Source: a virus. From it: 64,000 nt of DNA. Made by a program: the position numbers and the translations under genes. The notes under the pieces are model-generated. The model saw nothing but the letters and a program-made list of their open reading frames with translations. It did not search any database and was not told the origin of the DNA. The stretch spans positions 14,355-78,354 of the IMG/VR virus record IMGVR_UViG_3300045911_000143; one strand, written 5' to 3'. Position 1 is the first letter of the stretch. Each line of letters opens with the position of its first letter. Of this stretch, positions 40,000 through 50,050 are shown in pieces.

Positions 40000-41127
40000 T
40001 TATTCTCCAAATTCTACGGGATCATCCTTGATCCCGTAGTCTTTATAATGCTTAATCATGAATTCCTTAAGGTTGACTTCCTTACCAACATAAAGATTCA
40101 TTGCCAAACCAAAAATTCCATCCTTCGACAATTCCTGTTGACCAAGGATAGCATAAGACTTGCGATCAAGTCCACGATTAGCATCATAGAATTCATACAA
40201 AGTCTTATGGAGATGATTATAAATCTTTGCAACCTTCTCCTCCATTTCATTAATTTGCGAGATTGCAACAACATCACCATGCAACATGCCGCGAAGATCA
40301 TCGGCACCTTCATTCACGCAAGCCTCAAACAAGCGACGTGGCGAGGAAATGCTATCCTTAGTTTTATGCAGCGAGCAATACTTATCAGTCTTGACCTTCA
40401 CCCACTTACCGTCACGGAACTTAAAGATAAAACCTTCAATATTATCCTGTGATTCGTATACGGACTTTACGAAGGTTTCAACATCAGCCGGGATAGGCAG
40501 TGAATCAACCCAATACTTTTGCAAGATGGTAGTCTGCTCCAGCGGGATGTATTCGCCAGTTGCATTGTCCCGCACGTTCAGAACAACAAGCGAAGGCTTT
40601 TCATACCCAATAACAATTCGATTGTCTGGTGAAACATATTCCATATTGACAGTCCAATTGTTTTGGACACAATTGATAATTCCAAAAAGCAAGTCTTCAA
40701 ATTCCTCAGTGTGCAAAAGCGACTCCGCAGCCTTAGCCTGCTCAGAATGAAAAGAACCCTTGGTCTTAAGGCAAAAACTACCACCATCGCCTAGAATCAC
40801 TGTAGAAACCAGCGAGCCATCCATCTTATTTTGAATTTCGACTACGTTGGAAAAATCCAACGACATGACATACGGATTTTCACCGTTGTTGAAAAACTTC
40901 TGCATAGGAAGCGATGCAAGTTCTACCGGCTCGCCGTCAACCATACGGAAGGTGTGTCCACGGCACTCCATAGCGTTAGGGAGCATGAAGTCAGTATAGG
41001 ATGCCAGTCGGTACAGGAAGATGCGGAACGAGGCTCCTAGAGCTTCCTGATCGACGTAATAAAACGCCTCCGAGGATGCACAGAGAGTCATCAAATCATT
41101 ATAGAGGGTGCGCTGGAAGTCGTTCAT
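40000..41127 (-). CDS. rnlA: T4-type RNA ligase 1
   Basis: YRLASY.DF....A.ECRG, KFFN..EN, KMDGSL, N.IV..Y, IEG, K.K...Y..LH. Confidence 0.9.
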   Translation of the reverse strand: MNDFQRTLYNDLMTLCASSEAFYYVDQEALGASFRIFLYRLASYTDFMLPNAMECRGHTFRMVDGEPVELASLPMQKFFNNGENPYVMSLDFSNVVEIQNKMDGSLVSTVILGDGGSFCLKTKGSFHSEQAKAAESLLHTEEFEDLLFGIINCVQNNWTVNMEYVSPDNRIVIGYEKPSLVVLNVRDNATGEYIPLEQTTILQKYWVDSLPIPADVETFVKSVYESQDNIEGFIFKFRDGKWVKVKTDKYCSLHKTKDSISSPRRLFEACVNEGADDLRGMLHGDVVAISQINEMEEKVAKIYNHLHKTLYEFYDANRGLDRKSYAILGQQELSKDGIFGLAMNLYVGKEVNLKEFMIKHYKDYGIKDDPVEFGE

Positions 41128-41403
41128 GGGATTCTCTATGATGTTGGAACATCATAACAGTAGTTTCAGGAAGATGCAAGGCAATCCACATTTATACCCT
41201 CGGGGGGGGGCGTTTTAATCGCGTCTTTATAGTACTAAAGATGGTTTTCCTTGTAAAGCCCCCTCAAAAATGAAAGATGCCGTTCTCCCTCCACCATCCT
41301 ATTTTAGCACAAGCAACCTGAATGGAAGCTGAATATTCAGGAAATTATTTGCTTGACACGGGCTAATTATTAATGTATACTATTCCTGCGGGGTTATGTT
41401 TTG

Positions 41404-41853
41404 TCAAAAATCTGATCCTGCTGTGGCCATGCTGTTTTTGTAACTTTGCACGACACCGACGTTTTCAAAATGGTAAGAACGCTTGATTGAAAGGTGGATT
41501 TCCTGAGAGGAATTCAGTGCGGTAACATACAAGTCACGATATTCTTGTTTAGGTGTATTGAAAGCGTCCTCAAACGCGGTAGGATGATAAAAGATAGTCA
41601 AATCACCATAATCCAAATTCAATTGAATATTGGAAATTGATTCCATGCTGATAGTAATGGGGGGAATAGCTTCATCGTTCTGATCCTTACCGAGTAAGAT
41701 TAGACTGTTGGTTTTATCTACGGCAAAGTGGAAATCAGACCACAAACCCTGAATATTATTCCAAGTCACACAGTATATGCCGTTGGTGTCTGAAATCTTT
41801 TTCAGGGTTTCAGCAATATGCTGCTTTTCAGTAATTTTAACAATATCGGTCAT
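41404..41853 (-). CDS. hypothetical protein (cargo of module 3)
   Basis: AGGA RBS overlapping the hairpin element. Confidence 0.65.
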   Translation of the reverse strand: MTDIVKITEKQHIAETLKKISDTNGIYCVTWNNIQGLWSDFHFAVDKTNSLILLGKDQNDEAIPPITISMESISNIQLNLDYGDLTIFYHPTAFEDAFNTPKQEYRDLYVTALNSSQEIHLSIKRSYHFENVGVVQSYKNSMATAGSDF

Positions 41854-41905
41854 ATTAAGTCCTAACGCATACGTTAGAAGGGTCTAGTATACTCTAGTTG
41901 TGGAG

Positions 41906-42661
41906 TTAAGGGAAGAGAAGTTTGTCAGGAATCTGTGAGATGAATTCCATGTCATTCTTATCAATCTTCAATGTCCTATACATTTCTCTCAGAACATCTG
42001 TGGACTTGGGAACATTCCTAACCTTTTCAAGAAACCAAACAGGTGGCTTTTCTTCCATAGCCACTTGGATGGGAACACCCTTGGCAGTTTCATGCTTAAG
42101 AGTTTGACCGTCTTCCCTGTAATGAAAATACAGATTCATACGGCTGGCAATGTAATCGATATCATATCCAAAGGATAAACAATAGTTTTGCTTAGGCCAA
42201 GAATTGAAAAGATCAAACCAAGTAAAGAATCCCTTCCAAGTCGCAGCAGCAACGTCCATATCCTTATGGTTGCTACCAGTAGGATACGGATACATCAAAT
42301 AATCAATGAAACCATGCTTGGTAGCATACTCATGAATCGTCTTATGATGCAACTTCACGATTTCAATTTGACGAAGAAGACCATTAATGATCTTTTGATG
42401 GCCATTGAAAAGATCGGCCTCCCAGACTTCATTATGCAGTGCATCATATTTGAAAGCAAGGTCATAATTCCTTTCGATCTCGCTAGAGGTTTCAGTTCTC
42501 ATGAAATTTTTAATAGTTTCCATCAGGCTCATAGCCTTAACCTCACTTACTTGATCGATGAGAGTCTCGAATCCCTGCTTACAATACATACCATTCAATT
42601 CCTTCCTTTCAGGTTGGAGACCTTGTGGAAGATCAACAATATGTTGACGCAGAGGTTTCAT
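41906..42661 (-). CDS. hypothetical protein
   Basis: 251 aa ORF. Confidence 0.65.
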   Translation of the reverse strand: MKPLRQHIVDLPQGLQPERKELNGMYCKQGFETLIDQVSEVKAMSLMETIKNFMRTETSSEIERNYDLAFKYDALHNEVWEADLFNGHQKIINGLLRQIEIVKLHHKTIHEYATKHGFIDYLMYPYPTGSNHKDMDVAAATWKGFFTWFDLFNSWPKQNYCLSFGYDIDYIASRMNLYFHYREDGQTLKHETAKGVPIQVAMEEKPPVWFLEKVRNVPKSTDVLREMYRTLKIDKNDMEFISQIPDKLLFP

Positions 42662-44223
42662 ATTATTATTCTGTAAAGTTGATTGTCAGACTCTTAGCAT
42701 ACTTCATTTCTGGTGTAATATCAATAGGGCGATTATGAATCGCAATACACTTTTTACCTTTCTCGTCCCGATAATTGATCACAAAAATTGTATGATCTCT
42801 GAGATCAACCATCTCAACATTGTTGTAAGTTTTAACTTCATCGGTGTTGAGAGTAACAACAACAGTTTTGTCATTCATTCAGATACACTCCGTCAGAAGG
42901 ATTCAGCATACCATCTTCATATGCGATTTCAAGATGATGCTGGGGCTTGAAATTTTGATAGTAAACTTCGTCTACTCGAATGACGCCGCCACACTCATTG
43001 ACATATTCTACAATGTCACGAACATTCTCAATTTTATCTACACCGCCACGATGTTCATTGTAATATGCATTAACTTCACAGTTTGTTTCGACATGTTTTG
43101 CCCCCAATGTATGCAAATGCTCTGCAACACTATTGTCACCATATTCTTTGGGAATAAATGCTTGAATTGTATACATATTTTTCCTTAAATGAGAAAGTAA
43201 ACTCGACCAAAGATCAATACTACAGAAACTAAAGCCCCGAGGCCGAGCAAAACGGGGAAAATTTCTTGTATAAGATTTTTCATATTTTTCATTTGTGGCT
43301 ATTCTCCATAAAGGCTTATTTAGCCACAATCCTCTAGAGTGATGTTACTAGAATTTTTTCTTTCGTCTAAACAAATAGTCTATTAGAAGAAAAAACCAAC
43401 CTAAACCGAAAATAAACAACGGAAGTACAGCAGGTAGAAGATTGGTCCACACATTAGCTATGGTGAAAACCAAGCCTCCAATAAAAATCATGGAGGCTAT
43501 GGTTCGAAGCATATCACCTTTCATCCAAATACTCGAATGTTGGGAGTACCAGTCTCCACCTCACCTACAACAAGCTTGATATGATTATCAGACAGCATAA
43601 TCTTACCAAAAGTCTTCTTAGTATCTGAGAGATAGACAGTACCTTTCGGAGTTACACTAATCATAGAGACATCAATATTAAATGCTTCAAGAATTGGATT
43701 TGAAATCATAGTTAACTCCTAGAGTAGACTATTATTTATCAAACTTCAACCTCACGACCACGAGAATCTAGAATGAAGACTGTGGGGCTATTACGATGAC
43801 GAACGAGTTCCTTGTGATATTCAAGACTAGTCACCGTAGGGCCTTCAGGGAGGTTAATCTCCTTCTTAGGGTTAAAGGAATAATAAGTGCCATCACTAGC
43901 AAAAGTATAGTTCTGATTCATAGATGTTTCACTCTTGTTAAGATTAATTAATGGTTTCTTGGAAGGTGCCTACCTTTTGTGTCATACGGCTGGTAGCGTG
44001 GTAGGTGAATGCAAAACAGGTAAAACCAGCATTTACCTTTTTGTCAATAAAATCATCGAGTTGCGTTTCATCGACAAAAACTGTGTCACGATTAAGGAGC
44101 GGTTTACTGATCAAATCGCTCAAGGTCATTCCACTATCCTTAATGCTAAGAACTAGATACATCTTCATATTTAAGCGAGAGTAGTTAAACAGGGTTTTAG
44201 TATAGGTGAGGATTGCGGAAGTG

Positions 44224-45384
44224 TCAAGCCTTCCCTTCCGCAATCTTAGACAATGCCATCTTACCAGCCCACGTACCGGGAGCCTGAATTTCTTCAATAC
44301 TTTCAAAGACCATCGGACGACCACGGATGCGCGACATAAACTCACCAGTCTTACCCATCTTAGGCATACCAATATCAACCTTGGTACCGTATTCCGGCCA
44401 CGATGCGCCTTCACGAGTACCAATCAGATAGGCAGGCTCACCCACCGGCTTGATAAGAACTGAATCTTGCCCATACATCTTACCAAGTTCGACAAGATCA
44501 CGTTCTAGATTATTTTTAGTATCATTCGGCTTGCGAGCAACAAACAGCGAGCGTTCAGATACTTCTGCCATATCTTTAAACTGTGTTTCCTTATCAGTTA
44601 CTTCAAGGGAAGGATTGGCCTTACGTTCCTTACGACGACGCAGAACATCCTCAATTTCAGAAGCATTATTCTTATCATATCCTTCAATGTAAGTTCCGGC
44701 AACTTCTGTAACATCGTAACCAAGTTTAATCAATTTGGCACGAAGTTGGCGATGGAGTCGCATGTTTTCATCAAAATTACGCTCGTTACGAAACGCAGAA
44801 ATGATTCCAATATCATTACGAGCCATTTTGGCGTGAAGGCGTGCAAGACCCGATTCAACAAGATCGACTTCCATATTAGGAAGGGCAGCCATTTCAACAA
44901 TACGTGCGATGCGGTTAGACATTGCATTCTCCGATTCATTCAAGTGACCAGCGATGATATCATTGGCCTCGTAAGATTTCAAATCGTCAGTACTGACCAC
45001 GTTTATCTTTATATCAGCATACTTATCCATTACACCACTCTTAACAAAGGAGCGAACACCAACTTGAATATTATTTTTTGTAAGATTATTTAATTGCCAG
45101 ACTGTAAATGACCAATGGTTTCTATATGCACGGATTCTGATCCATCCACGCTTCAATGCATTCACAATAATTAATTCTCTAGCTTCACCTTCCTGACCAA
45201 CCTTTTCACCATATTCCTTATGAATATCGTTAATGAACTGGCTTGTGGTTCCAAATTTTTCAGGATTAGAGATAATATCTTGAATATGGGTTGTGTTGAC
45301 TCTTAAGATTTCACCAGTAGGAGCGATCCATGCTCCTGCTAGGAATCCTCGTCCAAAGGTGTTCTTCAAATCTTGTAGCTTCAT
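44224..45384 (-). CDS. two-domain late protein with C-terminal T3-SAMase (SAM lyase)-like domain
   Basis: IISAFR...EN...HR.L, G.Y.E, E.S, QDSVL match the T3 0.3 motif order (from memory); TATAAATA at 45402-45409. Confidence 0.55.
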   Translation of the reverse strand: MKLQDLKNTFGRGFLAGAWIAPTGEILRVNTTHIQDIISNPEKFGTTSQFINDIHKEYGEKVGQEGEARELIIVNALKRGWIRIRAYRNHWSFTVWQLNNLTKNNIQVGVRSFVKSGVMDKYADIKINVVSTDDLKSYEANDIIAGHLNESENAMSNRIARIVEMAALPNMEVDLVESGLARLHAKMARNDIGIISAFRNERNFDENMRLHRQLRAKLIKLGYDVTEVAGTYIEGYDKNNASEIEDVLRRRKERKANPSLEVTDKETQFKDMAEVSERSLFVARKPNDTKNNLERDLVELGKMYGQDSVLIKPVGEPAYLIGTREGASWPEYGTKVDIGMPKMGKTGEFMSRIRGRPMVFESIEEIQAPGTWAGKMALSKIAEGKA

Positions 45385-45428
45385 AATAATCCTTTTATTA
45401 TTATTTATATGCCCCCTTTACGAAGCGA

Positions 45429-46082
45429 CTAGATTGTTTCCCTTTTGTCTTTGTAGAACACATGCCGCTGGATGGATGCCACTCTAACATACCGGCGAGC
45501 CTTGGACCAATTTGGACTCACATATGAAGCATGATAGTGAGTAACATTTTTTCCGAGGAAGTTTTCGACATTGCCGCTCAAAACTTCTACTGCAATTGTG
45601 TGAGCAGTATTCCACGCAATCAATTCCTTTTTGTTTTTCAGAGATGGAATATCCGGCTTACCATCGCATGTCCAAGAAAACTGACACTGATTTTTAAGAC
45701 GCTTTCCATCGCTCATGCGACCTTGGAAAACAACATCACAGATCGTATCGGGATAAAATTTACTAGCAACACGATTCATTGTGACGAGGGCAACAGCCTG
45801 CATAGCCTCTACCGATTGATTCCGAGCCTCGAAAAAAATGTTCTGCTGCAAACAGAACAAATCATCTTCCGAATATTCTACAAAGTCAGTTTCTTCTGGA
45901 AGAATAGTTTCGATCCCTTCCGGTTGAAGAATAACCGGAGTTGGCAACACATTTGCTTGATTGCTGTAAGCGATATAAAAACTGGAAGGGTTCACCCCCA
46001 AAAGAACAAGCGAAATCGCAGCCATCGTAATTACAGCAAAAACGCGGACTGCAAGGTGCATGAACCGATCAAGGGAATCCAT
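45429..46082 (-). CDS. cell wall hydrolase (SleB/Hydrolase_2)
   Basis: CL..NI.FEAR, NRV....FP.TIC.VV.Q, CQFSW, THYHA.YV.P.W, H.FY. Confidence 0.9.
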   Translation of the reverse strand: MDSLDRFMHLAVRVFAVITMAAISLVLLGVNPSSFYIAYSNQANVLPTPVILQPEGIETILPEETDFVEYSEDDLFCLQQNIFFEARNQSVEAMQAVALVTMNRVASKFYPDTICDVVFQGRMSDGKRLKNQCQFSWTCDGKPDIPSLKNKKELIAWNTAHTIAVEVLSGNVENFLGKNVTHYHASYVSPNWSKARRYVRVASIQRHVFYKDKRETI

Positions 46083-46138
46083 TTCAATCTACCGTGGTGG
46101 TTAAGGTGGGACTAGAATAGAACGGAACTGATCAGTTG

Positions 46139-46543
46139 TCAATAGACCTTAAATTTGTTATGTTTCCAATATTTTATATTACCTTCTGTTATAGGATTTG
46201 AAAGGTGCATCTGTAAATTCAGGCGAAGTGCATTTTCGACACACTTCTTATTTAAGCCTTTGTTTCTAAAGGATTTTTGAGTGTATGAATGGATGTATCT
46301 ATCTTTACCCATTTGCATGTCACCATCACCGTTGAAGAAATAACGGCTAAAGATGATAGTCCATGAACGAGCAACACCATCAATTTCAGCAATAGAAAGA
46401 ATTAATTTAGACTCTGGATTGTTCTTATAATCCCTGAAACAGGGCCACATCATACCATCTCTAAAATGAATCTTTTGTAATTGGGAGATGACACGCGGGG
46501 GGATGAACTGGCCGGGACGATAAACAACAAATTTGGTGTTCAT
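46139..46543 (-). CDS. GNAT-like acetyltransferase
   Basis: YT...FRNKGL acetyl-CoA-binding-like motif. Confidence 0.4.
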   Translation of the reverse strand: MNTKFVVYRPGQFIPPRVISQLQKIHFRDGMMWPCFRDYKNNPESKLILSIAEIDGVARSWTIIFSRYFFNGDGDMQMGKDRYIHSYTQKSFRNKGLNKKCVENALRLNLQMHLSNPITEGNIKYWKHNKFKVY

Positions 46544-46571
46544 GGACAGTCCCCATTTTGATTGAGAGAAA

Positions 46572-47428
46572 TGTAAGCCTGAGATTAAGACTTAACGCAG
46601 CAACCTTTCCGGTCATTATCCCACACTTGCAGGTGTAGGTTCTACCGTTATCCACGCACTCGTGTGCGTATTTGCCATACCTGCTCATTTATTTAAAGCG
46701 CGCGAGCTTATTGCGCTTGTCACCAATGACACTACTCATGGTTCTGTCTACCGCTTGCCTTGCGGGCAATAAGAGGACGCTAATCCCCTACGTGCGACTT
46801 TCCCACAACAATCTATCACCTTGCGAGTTCTAGACTGGCTTGATTCAGTTGCCTGTCAAGCATTAAGGTACTTTTCATCATTGGCCGGTGACAACTTTGC
46901 TATGTACTTATATACCATTCAAAGTTTTAATACCGCCTGAACTTGCGTGCCACCGTTGCTTCATAACCTTTTGGGCTACAAAATACAACACAAGTTCGTA
47001 TCCGTTCATTGGCATTACTAGGATTGTCATTTTCGATCAAGCTGTTAACTTGACCTATTGACTGGATTACGCACTTGCCTGCCAAGACTCGCACTAAAAT
47101 CCTACACCTTAGATAGTAAACTATGAAAGTTGCATCTACTAGAGGTTTGCTGCCTCAACAATTTCAGTTTTACCCTCAATTGCTTTCGTAGCATTCAGTC
47201 GTTTACCCCCTCACCCAACTCGGTAAGTGGATACCCCCTCTTTTGGAGAGGAATACATCCGGTGCTTTCTTGAATAGACCATATTGCTATGGCGAACGGG
47301 TTGGCGACCCATCCTTTATGCATATCACTATGCACTATCCTTGCACTTAAAGAGTTGCCCCTTTAAGTGTGTCAAGCCAGACCTTTCGGTTTCGTTCCTT
47401 TATGGTGGAACTCATCAGTGGCTACCGT
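46572..47428 (-). ncRNA. large ornate RNA, GOLLD-like
   Basis: About 850 nt without credible ORF, dense hairpins, own TTGACA/TAAGAT promoter (47435-47462), next to tRNA cluster; motifs GAAAAGT..TAATG, CTCGCAAG, GAAAGT, TGAGTAG, GTGGATA, TAATCTCAG recalled from GOLLD. Confidence 0.65.
47375..47423 (-). ncRNA. type I hammerhead ribozyme
   Basis: AGCCA-CTGATGA-GTTCC(ACCATAAA)GGAAC-GAA-ACC(GAAA)GGT-C-TGGCT; all core nucleotides present. Confidence 0.85.
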
Positions 47429-47740
47429 TTAAACATCTTAACACAAATTTATCGCTTGTCAACACTTATTAAAAAGAATTGGGATGGGCTACATCGTGAT
47501 TATCAGCTTCATGGTTCGATGTTAGTTTCGCATTGTACCCCCATCCAGTACAAGCATAGCACATTCTCACTAGTGGACTACAGACAGGAACGTGCAACCA
47601 TCTGTATATTTTTGAAACATGTAAAATTAACCTACATTTGATTCTATTTATTCTAACATAAAGAGACAGTTTGTCAATTTTAATTAGAACAATTTTTCAT
47701 AGAAAACAAAAAGAGACAATTCTGTGTTTTAAACGTAAAT

Positions 47741-47814
47741 TGGAGCGTCCTGTCAGAATCGAACTGACACCTTAAGATTGGAAGTCTTTGATTCTACCAT
47801 TAAACTAAGGACGC
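47741..47814 (-). tRNA. tRNA-Gly(UCC)
   Basis: Cloverleaf, CTTCCAA loop, U73-CCA. Confidence 0.9.
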
Positions 47815-47861
47815 ACAAAACTATATATCAATTCAACAAAATCAGTATAAACTTTCCCCTA

Positions 47862-48080
47862 TCACTTGTCAATATCTGGCATCACGGGTGGATCAGGGTG
47901 CCACCAAGGCACATCGTGTATATCACAAAACCCGGACCTACCATGAAAAGTTTGGTACTCTGCATCATAAGTGCCAATATACCAAATTTTAAACGGCGCA
48001 AAATAATAAAGAACCCGCTGACCATCTTTCGGTGGATTCTCAAGTGTCTTTTGAGGATTCCAATCAAACAAAACAGTCAT
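47862..48080 (-). CDS. hypothetical protein
   Basis: ORF track. Confidence 0.5.
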   Translation of the reverse strand: MTVLFDWNPQKTLENPPKDGQRVLYYFAPFKIWYIGTYDAEYQTFHGRSGFCDIHDVPWWHPDPPVMPDIDK

Positions 48081-48129
48081 TTGTATTCTCTTCTTGAACT
48101 AACCTTTAATAAAGGGCTTACGAAAGATG

Positions 48130-48468
48130 TTAAAGATTCTTATCAATCCAGCCTGCAATATAAGAAAAAGATTTATGAGCAAAATCATTTAGAGAAATGA
48201 GCCTTTCCTCTATTGTGTCTCCACGATTATTAATTTTCCCCCACTTTATACAAGTCAATCCATTTGCTGCATACCATCTTGTAGATGGGGTGTCACCTGA
48301 TTCAACTTTACCAGTCAAACACTTTTGCAAAACACCTAAGCAGCAATAAGCATCGCTATCTTTATTGTATAAAGTACCAACGCGAGTCTGTTTATATTTA
48401 CCGCTGCGCAATGCTTTGATCCACTTATTCTTAATCTTCTTGTCTAGTTTATTAGATGTATTTTTCAT
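48130..48468 (-). CDS. conserved phage hypothetical (W..ALRSG.Y.Q...CCLGV)
   Basis: Motif. Confidence 0.7.
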   Translation of the reverse strand: MKNTSNKLDKKIKNKWIKALRSGKYKQTRVGTLYNKDSDAYCCLGVLQKCLTGKVESGDTPSTRWYAANGLTCIKWGKINNRGDTIEERLISLNDFAHKSFSYIAGWIDKNL

Positions 48469-48527
48469 GTGTTAACCTTAAGTTTGATTAAGTATAGACT
48501 ATACTGAAATTATAGTCAAGTCAAGGT

Positions 48528-48570
48528 TGATGGAGTGTCACGGTATCCAATATAGGGCTTGACCGTGCAA
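48528..48570 (-). pseudogene. decayed 3' half of tRNA-Ala
   Basis: Aligns to 49743-49785 with substitutions in the T arm and CCA. Confidence 0.55.
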
Positions 48571-48591
48571 TATTTTTATTGCAGTTTAATT

Positions 48592-48666
48592 TGGTCGGAG
48601 TGTGGTGAATCGAACACCAGAATTTCTCGCCCCAAACGAGACCCCGTACCACTCGGGAACACTCCG
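48592..48666 (-). tRNA. tRNA-Pro(UGG)
   Basis: Cloverleaf, TTTGGGG loop, CCA. Confidence 0.9.
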
Positions 48667-48696
48667 ATTTATCTTTATTTATACTTACAGATATTT

Positions 48697-48773
48697 TGGT
48701 ACAACCGACGAGATTCGAACTCGCAATCCCCAGATTGAAAGTCTGGTGGCTTAACCTGTTTGCCTACGGTTGT
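48697..48773 (-). tRNA. tRNA-Glu(UUC)
   Basis: Cloverleaf, CTTTCAA loop. Confidence 0.9.
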
Positions 48774-48853
48774 ACTGTATGTGTACAGTATATATACATC
48801 TTTCATATTTGTCAAGGATGATGAAACTTTTCATTCTTGACGACTAATTATCC

Positions 48854-49306
48854 TCAAATTTTTACAGTTTTATACTTTACTCCATTTTTATACCATGCTT
48901 TGCCACCATTAGGCCAAACTACGGCAGGTTCATCACCATCTCGGTGCAATACTCCGTATCTGTACCAACATTGTTTGCCATTAATGCATATAGACGCAAC
49001 CTGATTATTCTCTCTATGCCGCAACCCAAATTTGTACCAGTGCATTTCTCCATTTGGAAATATAATGGAGGGTTCATCACTGTCACGATGGAGAACACCG
49101 TTATAGTAGTAGTACAGCCTGCCGTCAAAGTATTCTAATGCAGGTAAGTCATTGTTTCTATGGAACAATCCATCCTTAAACCAAGCCTTACTACCATTAC
49201 TCCAGACTATTGCAGGTTCATCATCGTCACGATGAATTACGCCAAATTCGTTACGGTATTCTACTCTTGAAAATTTACCGTCTTTGATTTCAACTTTCGT
49301 TAGCAT
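48854..49306 (-). CDS. HRD..PA 24-aa repeat protein
   Basis: Five diverged repeats. Confidence 0.8.
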   Translation of the reverse strand: MLTKVEIKDGKFSRVEYRNEFGVIHRDDDEPAIVWSNGSKAWFKDGLFHRNNDLPALEYFDGRLYYYYNGVLHRDSDEPSIIFPNGEMHWYKFGLRHRENNQVASICINGKQCWYRYGVLHRDGDEPAVVWPNGGKAWYKNGVKYKTVKI

Positions 49307-49742
49307 CTTCGTCTATAACTCTGATCTGCCAGTCATTATGAACCACTTTGTCACCAGCATCAAGAGTTACATAGATTTCATTATAATCGTATTGCCCCCT
49401 GAATCCCTTCTTGGCTTCAACGGCAGTCACGATACCCTGACGTTTAGAGCCATCTAGTATCTGAACTCTCTGTCCTTTTTTAATAGTCCAAGACTGTTTC
49501 AATTCCGGCTCCTAATCATAGAGGCACAGTTTTTCGCTACAGAAATTGCAATCTGTGCGTTTTTACCTCTACTCGCACAAGATGCGGATACAGCCACGGC
49601 TTCACAAATCGAAGCACAGATTTCTCTCTCAGACTTTGATCCTGCATTATAAGCAATTTCCAAGAGTTCACGCTGTAGTTTTACATCTTGGGGCTGGCTA
49701 TTGATCCATTCATTGAAGTTCATATTCAATTCTCGTTAAAAT

Positions 49743-49817
49743 TGGTGGAGCGTCACGGAATCGAACCGAGGACTTGACCGTGCAAAGGTCGTGTTTTTCC
49801 AACTAAACTAACACCCC
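49743..49817 (-). tRNA. tRNA-Ala(UGC)
   Basis: G3.U70 pair, TTTGCAC loop. Confidence 0.9.
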
Positions 49818-49876
49818 ATTAGCAGCATTATAACATCAATGGATTTACTTTGTCAAGTTATTAAGTAATTAATGAA

Positions 49877-49954
49877 TGGGGTGTATGAAGGGCTTCGATC
49901 CCTCAAAATCCACTTTCACAGAGTGGCGTGTCTACCAGTTCCACCACATACACC
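49877..49954 (-). tRNA. tRNA-His(GUG)
   Basis: G-1:C73, CTGTGAA loop. Confidence 0.9.
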
Positions 49955-49966
49955 ATTATATAATAT

Positions 49967-50050
49967 TGGTGGGGGTGGAGAGACTCGAACTCTCAAAACC
50001 GAGGTTACGGACTTCTAAGGCCCGCGCGTTTACCATTTCGCCACACCCCC
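49967..50050 (-). tRNA. tRNA-Leu(UAG)
   Basis: Class II cloverleaf, CTTAGAA loop. Confidence 0.9.

Noticed and set aside
41202-41210. G9 homopolymer as a phase-variation switch
   Set aside because: Intergenic and not between evident promoter boxes; no supportable function
46461-47641. ORFs 46461-46688, 47284-47472 and 47369-47641
   Set aside because: No RBS or protein motifs; they overlap the structured large RNA and hammerhead
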